Source of the DNA: Nemertoderma westbladi
Taxonomy: Eukaryota; Animalia; Xenacoelomorpha
Direction of reading: 5' to 3'
Assembly: GCA_032718475.1 (NCBI GenBank)
Contig: JAUCBJ010007820.1
Location: 1-41,332 of the forward strand
DNA length: 41,332 nucleotides
Positions 21,444-30,481 of this stretch are shown one piece after another; positions within the stretch are counted from its first letter, which is position 1, and each line of letters starts with the position of its first letter. A program made the translations under genes and the position numbers. Under the pieces are notes generated by a model that made no database searches, was not told the DNA's origin, and was given only the letters and a program-made list of their open reading frames with translations.

Positions 21444-24409
21444 ACGACTACCTGCTAGAGGGCCGAAACATATATAATTCGGGCATAGAAGTACTACTTA
21501 GATTTAGGAATGGGAAACACGCCTTCACGTGTGACATAGAAGGCATGTTCAACCAAGTCCGTGTAACAGAGGAAGATAGCGACAGTCAACGCTTCTTATG
21601 GTATAACGGCGAGGAAGAACCGCCTATAATACCGGCATATAAGATGGTAGTACAAAACATGGGGGCCAAGTCGTCCTCATTTACGACGACTATGGCAGTG
21701 AGAGACACGGTAAAGGGGAAGGAAGATAGATACAGCAGTAGGGCCGTCGATATGATCCGACGCGGCTTCTACGTAGACGACGGTATGGAGTCTGGAAATA
21801 CGGTTGAGGAGATACTGGAAACAGGGCGCGAGGTTCGCGACATCCTGAAAGGATCCAGCTTCAACCTGACCAAATTCCAATCCAGTTCAGAAGAATTTAT
21901 CAAGGCAATAGAGGACAAGAAACCAGAATCGACCATGGACAACCCTACAACAGCCAAAGGACAGGACATGGCGAATAAGAGAACACAATCTCAGCAAAAG
22001 GCATTGGGAATCGTGTGGGATAGAGGAACAGACGAACTGAAGTATCAGCTGAGCCAGGAGGGCGCAGACACCCATACGAAGAGGGGTTATGTATCGTATA
22101 TAGCAAGGATATACGATCCCCTAGGCCTAGCATCCCCATTACTAGTCACGGGGAAACAGATACTCAAGAGAGTATATAAATTGAAGGATGAGTGGGACGT
22201 AGAGGTACCAGAGGACATCAAGAAACAGTGGAGCAAATGGACAGAAGACTTGGAGAGGATGGGAACATACAACATGCCGCGAGTGTATTTCCCGGATGGG
22301 AATATGACGAATCTGGACCTACACATGTTCTCCGACGCGTCATTGGAAGCGTACGGAGCGGCACTCTACTTAGTACAACGAGAAGGGGCTCACAAGCCAA
22401 GGCTAGCCTTTAGCAAAGCAAAGTCAACGCCGCCAGATTCAGCATCTGTTCCCAAGTTAGAATTGACAGCTGCGAGACTAGGAGTAAGAGCCACAGCCTA
22501 CCTAGTGGATACTATTCCCAACATAGTGGAGACACACTACTGGACGGACTCCATGGTAGTGCTTGGTTGGCTACACAACGAAAAGACGAGATACCCGATA
22601 TTCGTCGCGAATAGAGTGGACGAAATAAGGGCGAGCACAGAACTAGAAAGGTGGCACTACTGCCCAACAGACGAGAACCCAGCGGACTTGCTGTCGAGGG
22701 GCGTGGAACGCCACACTTTCTTAAAGAAGGAAGTATTGTGGCAACATGGGCCACAATTTCTGAGCGATAAAGAGGCCTGGCCGCCAATGAGAAAGGTGGA
22801 GCCGGGCTCAGAAGTGGTGTCAGAGGGAGAAGAGGGAGACTCAGAGGGAGAAGAGATATACTCCCAGATGGTGAGGGAGATTAGGGACGTGCAACCAAAG
22901 CAAGAACTATGCGATAACCCGACGGACAAACTCCTCAGCTACAGTTCTAGTTGGTACAAGACCAAGAAACTAGTGGCGTACTGGAGAGCTTTCGGGAATT
23001 TCCTCGCGGGAGTTAATAAGGAGAAGAAAACCAGGGAAACCATAGATCTGGAAGGAGCGGCCAAGGCAATAATCCGCTATGAACAACGGAAGAACTACGG
23101 CGACGAGGTGGAACGTGTCGGCAACCAACAGCACCTCCGACGGGACAGCGAGTTGATTACGCTGTCGCCACAACTCAACGACGATGGGATTCTTGTAATG
23201 AATTCTAGGGTGGGATATAACAACAGCATAGTCGTGCCACCGAAACCCATCATCATTCCCACAGGATCGCCTATAGTCCACCAGATCATATGGGACTCCC
23301 ACAAATCGATATTGCATGGGGGCACCAACCGAACCCTCACAGAGATAAGGAGGACCTATTGGGTCAAACAATTAAGGAAGAAGGTTAAAGCGGTAGTGGG
23401 GCAGTGCCAGACCTGCCGACGGGCAAAGAAGGAGCGAGCCATACAGGAGATGGCGCCACTACCGGCGAGTAGGGTAAGACAGCACGACCCGCCATTTACG
23501 CATTGCGGTGTGGACATGTTTGGGCCGATAAAGATCAAGGTGATGCGACACACGGAGAAACGCTACGGTATTATCTTCGTATGCAACAATACGCGGGCGG
23601 TAGGGATAGAACTCGCCCAAGATGCAACCGCATCAGCATTCATTAACGCCTTAGAAAGGTTTAGGGACCGCAAAGGTGGGACGATCGCAGTGATATACAG
23701 CGACAACGGCACCAACTTTGTGGGTGCAGAGAGTGAGATGGCAGAAGCCTTGGACATCTTAGAAGGAGAAGAAGTCAGGGCGGCCATGAGAAGACGACAA
23801 GTAAAGTGGGAGAGAAGGACGCCGTATGCACCACATACACTAGGATGCGTCGAGAGACTGGTGGGCAGTTCAAAGCGTCTAATGACGAAGTTAATGAACA
23901 CCCACATGGTCACTGAAGACGTCTTACGGACAGTACTTGCGAAGTGCGAGGGGATCATTAATAGCAGACCGCTATACCCAGAGAATGATGACCCTGAGTC
24001 ATTAGACGTGTTGACGCCTAGCCATTTTCTGATGGAAAGGCCAGCGACCATCGATATGCGGGGTGTAGACCCAGATGATATACATTCCCGCCAGAGTTGG
24101 AAAGTCGCTAAAGCAATAAGCGCGGAGTATTGGAGGAGGTGGGTAGAAGAATACCTACCCACGCTCCATAAGCGAAGCAAGTGGAGGAAACCGAACCGGG
24201 AGTTAAAAGTAGGAGATCTCGTAATCGTTACGGATGATACTATCATCAACAACCAGTGGCGGTTGGCGAGAGTTGTACGCACTTACTCCGATGAGGACGG
24301 AAGAGTCCGATCGGTAGAAGTGCGAATAGGTGGGAAGATAGGTGCGAAGGACAGAAAAACCTACAGGAGAGCGGTAGGCAAATGCTGTCTCCTAGAAGGG
24401 GCACCTTAG
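21407..24409 (+). CDS. pol: BEL/Pao pol (RT lacking its N-terminal part, RNase H, integrase, DUF5641-like tail)
   Basis: DIEGMFNQV, FYVDD (YVDD at 21770), YDPLGL, HMFSDAS, PKLEL, WTDS, NPADLLSRG, H-x3-H...C-x2-C, VDMFGP, SDNGTNF, VERLV and YWRRWVEEYL. Confidence 0.95.
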   Translation: MHVRGNNAGKCLNDYLLEGRNIYNSGIEVLLRFRNGKHAFTCDIEGMFNQVRVTEEDSDSQRFLWYNGEEEPPIIPAYKMVVQNMGAKSSSFTTTMAVRDTVKGKEDRYSSRAVDMIRRGFYVDDGMESGNTVEEILETGREVRDILKGSSFNLTKFQSSSEEFIKAIEDKKPESTMDNPTTAKGQDMANKRTQSQQKALGIVWDRGTDELKYQLSQEGADTHTKRGYVSYIARIYDPLGLASPLLVTGKQILKRVYKLKDEWDVEVPEDIKKQWSKWTEDLERMGTYNMPRVYFPDGNMTNLDLHMFSDASLEAYGAALYLVQREGAHKPRLAFSKAKSTPPDSASVPKLELTAARLGVRATAYLVDTIPNIVETHYWTDSMVVLGWLHNEKTRYPIFVANRVDEIRASTELERWHYCPTDENPADLLSRGVERHTFLKKEVLWQHGPQFLSDKEAWPPMRKVEPGSEVVSEGEEGDSEGEEIYSQMVREIRDVQPKQELCDNPTDKLLSYSSSWYKTKKLVAYWRAFGNFLAGVNKEKKTRETIDLEGAAKAIIRYEQRKNYGDEVERVGNQQHLRRDSELITLSPQLNDDGILVMNSRVGYNNSIVVPPKPIIIPTGSPIVHQIIWDSHKSILHGGTNRTLTEIRRTYWVKQLRKKVKAVVGQCQTCRRAKKERAIQEMAPLPASRVRQHDPPFTHCGVDMFGPIKIKVMRHTEKRYGIIFVCNNTRAVGIELAQDATASAFINALERFRDRKGGTIAVIYSDNGTNFVGAESEMAEALDILEGEEVRAAMRRRQVKWERRTPYAPHTLGCVERLVGSSKRLMTKLMNTHMVTEDVLRTVLAKCEGIINSRPLYPENDDPESLDVLTPSHFLMERPATIDMRGVDPDDIHSRQSWKVAKAISAEYWRRWVEEYLPTLHKRSKWRKPNRELKVGDLVIVTDDTIINNQWRLARVVRTYSDEDGRVRSVEVRIGGKIGAKDRKTYRRAVGKCCLLEGAP

Positions 24410-24517
24410 AGTGGAGTTAGAGTGGAGTTTAGTCGTCCAAGTTTTGGACTGAAGGGGGGTGGGATTGAGGACGAGAAGCCCTTCCCACACAAATAAAATA
24501 AAAATAAAATAAAAAAT

Positions 24518-25333
24518 AGTTAGTTAGTTAGTAGGTACGTAGTGCCTAGAGTTAGTTAGTTAGTAGGTACGTAGTACCTAGAGTTAGTTAGTTAGTTAGT
24601 AGGTACGTAGTGCCTAGAGTTAGAGAGTTAGTAGGTACGTAGTACCTAGAGTTAGTTAGTTAGTAGGTACGTAGTGCCTAGAGTTAGAGAGTTAGTAGGT
24701 ACGTAGTACCTAGAGTTAGTTAGTTAGTAGGTACGTAGTGCCTAGAGTTAGAGAGTTAGTAGGTACGTAGTACCTAGAGTTAGTTAGTTAGTAGGTACGT
24801 AGTACCTAGAGTTAGAGAGTTAGTAGGTACGTAGTACCTAGAGTTAGAGGGTACGTAGTACCGCTAGTTAGAGTTAGAGCTAGAGGGTACGTAGTACCGC
24901 CAGTTAGAGTTAGAGTTAGAGGGTACGTAGTACCGCTAGTTAGAGTTAGAGTTAGAGGGTACGTAGTACCGCCAGTTAGAGTTAGAGTTAGAGAGTACGT
25001 AGTACCGCTAGTTAGAGTTAGAGTTAGAGGGTACGTAGTACCGCTAGTTAGAGTTAAAGTTAGAGGGTACGTAGTACCGCTAGTTAGAGTTAGAGTTAGA
25101 GGGTACGTAGTACCGCCAGTTAGAGTTAGAGTTAGAGGGTACGTAGTACCGCTAGTTAGAGTTAGAGTTAGAGGGTACGTAGTACCGCTAGTTAGAGTTA
25201 GAGTTAGAGGGTACGTAGTACCGCTAGTTCGAGTTAGAGTTAGAGTGTACGTAGTACCGCTAGTTAGAGTTAGAGTTAGTAGGTACGTAGTACCGTTAGT
25301 TAGAGTTAGAGGGTACGTAGTACCATTAGTTAG
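24518..25333 (+). repeat. Two-phase tandem array of 24 GTAC-GTA-GTRC hairpin cores with AGTT/AGTTAG linkers
   Basis: 10 units of about 32 bp (TAGGTACGTAGTRCCTAG core), then 14 units of mostly 36 bp (GAGGGTACGTAGTACCGC core). Confidence 0.95.
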
Positions 25334-25819
25334 AAGAGAGAGAGTAAGAGGTAAAAGGGGTAAATAGGATATAGATATTAGTTAGCAGTAAGTAGAGTTA
25401 GTAGCGAGAGGGGGGCATATGAGCACAGCTGGATAAATCGTGTGGCCACACGACGTATACTGCTGTACTGCATAGGCCCACAAAGTAGGCCAGAATATGG
25501 ATTAGAGAATTGAATAATCCATAGGCAGTAATAGGTAGTAGGACAGTAGAATTAAAATAAATAGAATAGGGCTGAAAGTTAGAAAATAGTGGCAACACAA
25601 GGGAAGTCGTTCTAGAACATAATAAAAGTAATGGACAGAAATTGTAAATTAGGCTCATTTACTAGCTTCAAAATTAATTAGGTTAAATTTAGGCTAAAAG
25701 GCGCAATTAAGTAGAAAGTAGGCCATTATCGAACCGTACGAAACATCTTAATACATCACTCATCTGTATTGCGCCTTGGTAAGGCACCACCCTGCAGGTG
25801 AGCGAGTGTAGTGTTCGGA

Positions 25820-28369
25820 ATGGCGAGTAAGTTGATCAGGAAGAGGAAGGCGGAGTCAGGAGGAAAAGAAATACTGGTGGATTTCACCGAAAGACACCCG
25901 GAAGAGAAGACGAGAGGATACTACGAGAAGTTGGAAAGGGGTCACGCGGCACGAGCGCTGCAGGACCACTTCCGGGAGATGCACGAGCAGCGGCTGGTCG
26001 GGACCTACGGAACGCCGTCGCTGGACAACGCGATCTTCCAACACTTCCACTACGTGGTGAAAGGGGACGAGGCGAAGTTCGGGATTCCGAAGTATCCGAG
26101 GGAATCACCGAGGAAGGACTGGAAGAGGTTCATAGAGTCCGTCAACAGGGGAGGATATATGATCCTAGATGACGAGGGAACCATGGAAGACGAAGCGGGT
26201 TCGAGACGAGGAACGGCAGGGTCGGCCAGGACCATACTCCTACATTTGGCCGCGCCAAATGGGGACATCTTCTTATTCGACCTAGGGACGTATGGGAAGA
26301 AGGACGGGCCGAAATTAGACCGGTTACCGAAAGCGGTACAAGTCTTAGTAAGAGAGAAGTCGACGACAAAAGTGGGATCGGCGATTCACGAGGACGCGGA
26401 GAGGATCATCGGTCCGGACGCCACCAACCTCCTGGATATGCAGAAGGTCTTTATGGCTATGACGGCACCGGATGGGTTGGGGCTAGTCGAAAACACAGGT
26501 CTATGCGGGGCAGTGGCAATGGGCCAACTATTGGGGCTCGTGTGTCACAAACCGATGGACTGGGGGAAGTTTAGGGAAGAATACGGAGCAGAACTAGCGA
26601 ACTCGCTAAAGTGGGGAGCGAGACCGGGAAAGCAGGAGGTATATCAATTTCGCAGAGGAGCGATAAAGGTATATCAGAAGCGATATATCTTGCAGGAAGA
26701 CTGGATTATGATAAGTTTGCTTAACTTATTTATGACCGTAGTCATCGAGAGGGAACCAGGAGCATTTCTGTTATCGGGATCACCCCTAAGCTGCAGGAGA
26801 GCCTTTAAAGTGGCCTTTGACGGTCTGGTAGACCACCCGGGGCTGAAGGGCGAGTCGGTGTACTACAACAGCCGACATCTGGTAGACGGGGAGACAGATA
26901 CACCGTATCAGAGATGGGAGCAGCTAGAGGCGGACAGACGAGAAGCAAAGCGACTGGAAGAAGTCGCTAGACGGGAGAGGATAGAAGCAGAGGAGAGGGA
27001 AGAGGAGGCCAGGGCACAGAGTTACGGCTTCGAGGAACAGGCGGGCCTAGACGAACTTCATTGGACTTCGTCAGGGAGTTCGGGGGAGTCTCTAGGGCGA
27101 GAATTGGGATGGACGGTGGGATCGCCGAAACAGTCCACGTCGGGGTTGCAAACGATGCCCATACCAGCGGGCGCCGAGGGCGACCAACCGCCAAGGAAGC
27201 TAAGGGAGCTAGAGGGATGGAAAGCTACGGGCGAGAGCCAAGGCGGGAAGGGACATAGTGGATCCATCGGGATACCGGGATTGGAGACACTACCAGAAGA
27301 GGAGGACGACGACGACGAGTTCGGAGAGATGCCGCCCATCGAGAGGATAGGCCACTCGGACACGGACTGGGTTGGCGGAAGGGTGGTGACGGCCAGTGGG
27401 GCGAGGGCCTTCTGGAACAGATCCGGCAAGCGGACCTGGGTGCACGAGGAGCCGGCGATGGATTTCGCGGGGAGCACCATCAGGTTGGGCGAGCAACCGG
27501 GGACGGCACCACGGATAGTATTCGGGGAGACGATGCCCGAGAGGGGCGGAGAGATCGACGTAAACAGGGAGACCAACGTAGAGAAGTTCGCCTACCAGCG
27601 ACTCCACAGACCGCGGAGATCGCTTGGGACGAAAGACGAGGTGGGACGGGAGACATTGGTACTCGGCTGCGACTACTGTGGGAGACAGACCCATCGGGAA
27701 AGCAGCTGCCTATACCGGTTCCAAAAGGGAACCTTTTGTCTCTACTGCAGAGAACCAAGTCACAGGATGGGGGCGTGTCCACGGTTGCATAACCGATGTC
27801 CAAAGTGCCACTTTCGGGGACACTACGGGCGCGAGTGCGACTGGATGAGCGACGAGGAGAAGTTCACAAGATTCGAGGAGTGGGCCGACGTCGGGGCCAT
27901 GACGCGCCAGCGCATGAAGGCCCAAGAGTTCAAGTGGGGTTTCTTCCTTATAAACCAGGAGACCCACATGGAAATCATAAAGCGAAGGTTACCGTTTACC
28001 TATCAAGAGGTAGCAACGGCGGCGTCGTACGCTGGAGTGATGAACACGCAACGATACCTGGACAGGTGGACGCCAGAGAACCGAAGGGAGTTTAGGGACT
28101 TCTTGGCGGAGCACGTACCAAAGGCAATGAAAATGATCCTATGGGACGCCACTAGAGGGAGACAACCAGGCCATTCTGAGGGGCCACCGGCGAAGCGATA
28201 TCGGGCACTAATAACACCAGCGCCCAAGGAGCCAACGACCGGGATTAGCAAGGAAGTGGCGGCGAAGGTCCGAAAGCAGAAAGCGGATGATGCCAGAGGA
28301 ACGGTGATAACCAAGAAACGGCCCAGGGAAGAGGACGCCAGGGGGAACTACCCCCGGAGGAACAGATAG
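25820..28369 (+). CDS. Extra ORF (ORF3) of inner element: DEDDy 3'-5' exonuclease-like domain plus three CCHC zinc knuckles
   Basis: Uninterrupted 849-aa frame from ATG 25820. ExoI ILDDEG (26168), LLHLAAPNGDIFLFDL, LPKAVQVLV...TKVGSAIHED (ExoII D at 26393), LLDMQ, ExoIII QKRYILQED (Y at 26684). Three C-x2-C-x4-H-x4-C motifs at 27668-27838. Confidence 0.8.
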   Translation: MASKLIRKRKAESGGKEILVDFTERHPEEKTRGYYEKLERGHAARALQDHFREMHEQRLVGTYGTPSLDNAIFQHFHYVVKGDEAKFGIPKYPRESPRKDWKRFIESVNRGGYMILDDEGTMEDEAGSRRGTAGSARTILLHLAAPNGDIFLFDLGTYGKKDGPKLDRLPKAVQVLVREKSTTKVGSAIHEDAERIIGPDATNLLDMQKVFMAMTAPDGLGLVENTGLCGAVAMGQLLGLVCHKPMDWGKFREEYGAELANSLKWGARPGKQEVYQFRRGAIKVYQKRYILQEDWIMISLLNLFMTVVIEREPGAFLLSGSPLSCRRAFKVAFDGLVDHPGLKGESVYYNSRHLVDGETDTPYQRWEQLEADRREAKRLEEVARRERIEAEEREEEARAQSYGFEEQAGLDELHWTSSGSSGESLGRELGWTVGSPKQSTSGLQTMPIPAGAEGDQPPRKLRELEGWKATGESQGGKGHSGSIGIPGLETLPEEEDDDDEFGEMPPIERIGHSDTDWVGGRVVTASGARAFWNRSGKRTWVHEEPAMDFAGSTIRLGEQPGTAPRIVFGETMPERGGEIDVNRETNVEKFAYQRLHRPRRSLGTKDEVGRETLVLGCDYCGRQTHRESSCLYRFQKGTFCLYCREPSHRMGACPRLHNRCPKCHFRGHYGRECDWMSDEEKFTRFEEWADVGAMTRQRMKAQEFKWGFFLINQETHMEIIKRRLPFTYQEVATAASYAGVMNTQRYLDRWTPENRREFRDFLAEHVPKAMKMILWDATRGRQPGHSEGPPAKRYRALITPAPKEPTTGISKEVAAKVRKQKADDARGTVITKKRPREEDARGNYPRRNR

Positions 28370-29073
28370 GTTCCCAGAGTCGAGGGAGAGAGACTGGGAC
28401 TTAGACGTGGTGCGCCTGGCAGGCGCCGCGCGTGGAACGTACGAACTATTAAGTATAAATTTAATTAATGCAAATAATCGTATAAGTGCAATTTGTATGT
28501 ATGTACGTAGTAATTAGCAGTAAAAATACATACGTTTGGAGTAAGTACTATAGTCATACAACCTTTCTCAATTAGCTACTGGGACTGGGGGATAACTGAC
28601 TATGGCACTATGGACGAGACAACTGACAATTTCACGCTTCTTGAGTGCGACGGCACGAGAGGGGGGGGAGGTTCGTCAGGAGAGATAAAAATAGTCAAAG
28701 TGGAGTTGAGGATCGGAGTAAGAGTGCGAAGTGCGGAGAGAGTGCGAACGCAATTCTAGTGTGGGGGGGGGGAGAATAAGAGGCTGAGTGAGGGACGAGG
28801 AGGTCCTGGGGTATGAGAGAGTTAGGGTGAGAGTGGAGGGGAGATAGGGCGAAAGTGTTGGGGAAACAAAAGTCGCGTGAAGAGGTGAGCGCGATCGGCC
28901 CGACATGAGACGCCAGGCACACAGGGTAGCGTTATCATACCCATAAGGGGCGGCCTGGAAAGCCGGCTCCTAGAGAAAAGATTTCCACCCCACACCCGAT
29001 ACTAGATCGGGATCCAGCAGGATTGTAACGCACTTTTTTGGTTGATGCTATCTTCTTACCGGGAAGATAGCAT

Positions 29074-29082
29074 GGGGGGGAG
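29074..29082 (+). promoter_or_regulatory. Polypurine tract
   Basis: GGGGGGGAG directly before the TG of the 3' LTR. Confidence 0.9.
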
Positions 29083-29622
29083 TGTTAGCTTATTCAATCC
29101 CGCCAACACCCCATAAAGTTATAAGCCGATAAGCAATATTGGGAGCCACGAGATTGGGCAATTAACCAACTCGTGCCATCCCAATAAGAGTGGGAAGGAA
29201 GCACACAATAGGGGTCAGGGGCCAAACCCCTAACCCAGAGAGAACAGGAGGAGTGAACGGGAACACTCCACGGGGCGCCAACAAGGGTATTAACCAATCA
29301 GAGGGGGGAAAGGCATCGATTGAGTAGCAATAAGGCCACCGTGCAATATAACCAATAACCTATTAATCAGTGATTCAGTTATCTCAGTGCAGCAGTGCTA
29401 GCGTAGGTTGGTAGTCAATTAGTTTAGTTAGGGGATCACGGGACTTTAGTTACCGTATCCCGCCTTGTACACATTATATCTATATCTATATCCTATGCCC
29501 TATTATTATTATACACCGAACTTCAGAACTCAGTTACTTTCTTTCATCCTTATACACGGCGGGGACGCGTGGACTAAATTACCACACCAGATAAATCGGG
29601 ATCCCTCCTGGATCCCGTCACA
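29083..29622 (+). repeat. 3' LTR of inner element
   Basis: 540-bp copy of 15665-16204, followed by the TTAGT TSD. Confidence 0.97.
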
Positions 29623-30481
29623 TTAGTAGCGCCCCGAAAGTTTCTTAGCAGCAGGATTATAGAGTTTTCCGATGAGATTCAGGAGATCTGTAGACAGTTA
29701 GATTGGTTAGGTAAGTCTCAGGAATACCAGAGTTCTATGGTTGTTGGAGCCGTAGCATCTACTTTGCCAAAAGGTGGAGTAGGTACTCATTGGGACAAAA
29801 GGGTTCTCTATATGATGGACCAGCAACAAAGAGACCCTACCATAGCTGATCTCATGTCATTCTTAAATGGAGAGGTAAGATTACAGCTCCTAAAGCAGTC
29901 CAGAGAGAAGACACCGGAAAGTAAGGTAAGTGAAAAACCCGTTACTAGGAGAAAGGTAACACCAGTGTGTTATACGGACGATGGCAAAAGCCAAACCTCC
30001 TACGATGAGAACAGCGGTAAGGACACCGAAAGATCTTATTATGTCAATAAAACGAGAAAAGACGTAAGTAAATCTAAGTCTCGAACCACTGACAGGAGAG
30101 AACAGGTAACAACAGTCCTCCTCCTCCTACGTCTCCTAAGAGAATTAATGGAAGAAAGCCCGAGGAAAGAACAAGTGTGCACAGGTTAAAGTAAGTAACA
30201 TCAAACCCAAATGTGTATTGTGCGACGGGCCACATCACTTGAGTGGGTGTGATGAATTCTTGAAGAAATCCCTGAAGGATAGACGTGATGTCATGTGGGA
30301 TAAGCGGTTGTGTTATAATTGTCTCAGACGAGGCCATCAACGACGAACCTGTTACTCAGACGCGAAGTGTGCTAAGTGCGGCGTGAAACATCATATCTTG
30401 CTGCACACAGAATTTGACAGAACCCGCACGAGTCAGGTAAGTGAGCCCGAACTACAGTACATGTCCAATTCAGTGATGTGA
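29623..30481 (+). pseudogene. Outer BEL gag, 3' part
   Basis: Removing the inner element restores the frame (YAKL-VAPRKFLSSRIIEFSDEIQ...SSMVVGA). BEL knuckles CVLCDGPHHLSGC, CYNCLRRGHQRRTC and CAKCGVKHHILLH follow a frameshift. Confidence 0.9.

Larger units (their letters stand above)
15665..29622 (+). mobile_element. Young BEL/Pao LTR retrotransposon (13,958 bp, both LTRs) with an extra ORF
   Basis: Two 540-bp TG...CA LTRs, TTAGT TSD (15660-15664, 29623-29627), PPT, and gag-PR-RT-RH-IN order with BEL motifs. Confidence 0.97.

Noticed and set aside
24841-25310. Telomeric repeat (TTAGAG resembles TTAGGG/TTAGG)
   Set aside because: Only 2-3 copies per unit, interrupted by the hairpin core and internal to an element.
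24518-25333. CRISPR-like array (palindromic repeats at 32-36 bp spacing)
   Set aside because: The linkers are repetitive rather than unique spacers, there are no cas genes, and the context is a eukaryotic retrotransposon.
25790-25803. Splice site upstream of ORF3 (CCTGCAG|GTGAGC)
   Set aside because: It reads equally well as a donor or an acceptor, and cannot be assigned without transcript data.
25820-28369. env gene
   Set aside because: It sits in the env position but has no signal peptide or C-terminal membrane anchor. The motifs are exonuclease and zinc knuckle.
16112-28922. Numerous antisense and alternate-frame ORFs within the inner element
   Set aside because: Shadows of the purine-rich coding strand, with Ser/Leu/Pro-rich translations and no recognisable motifs.
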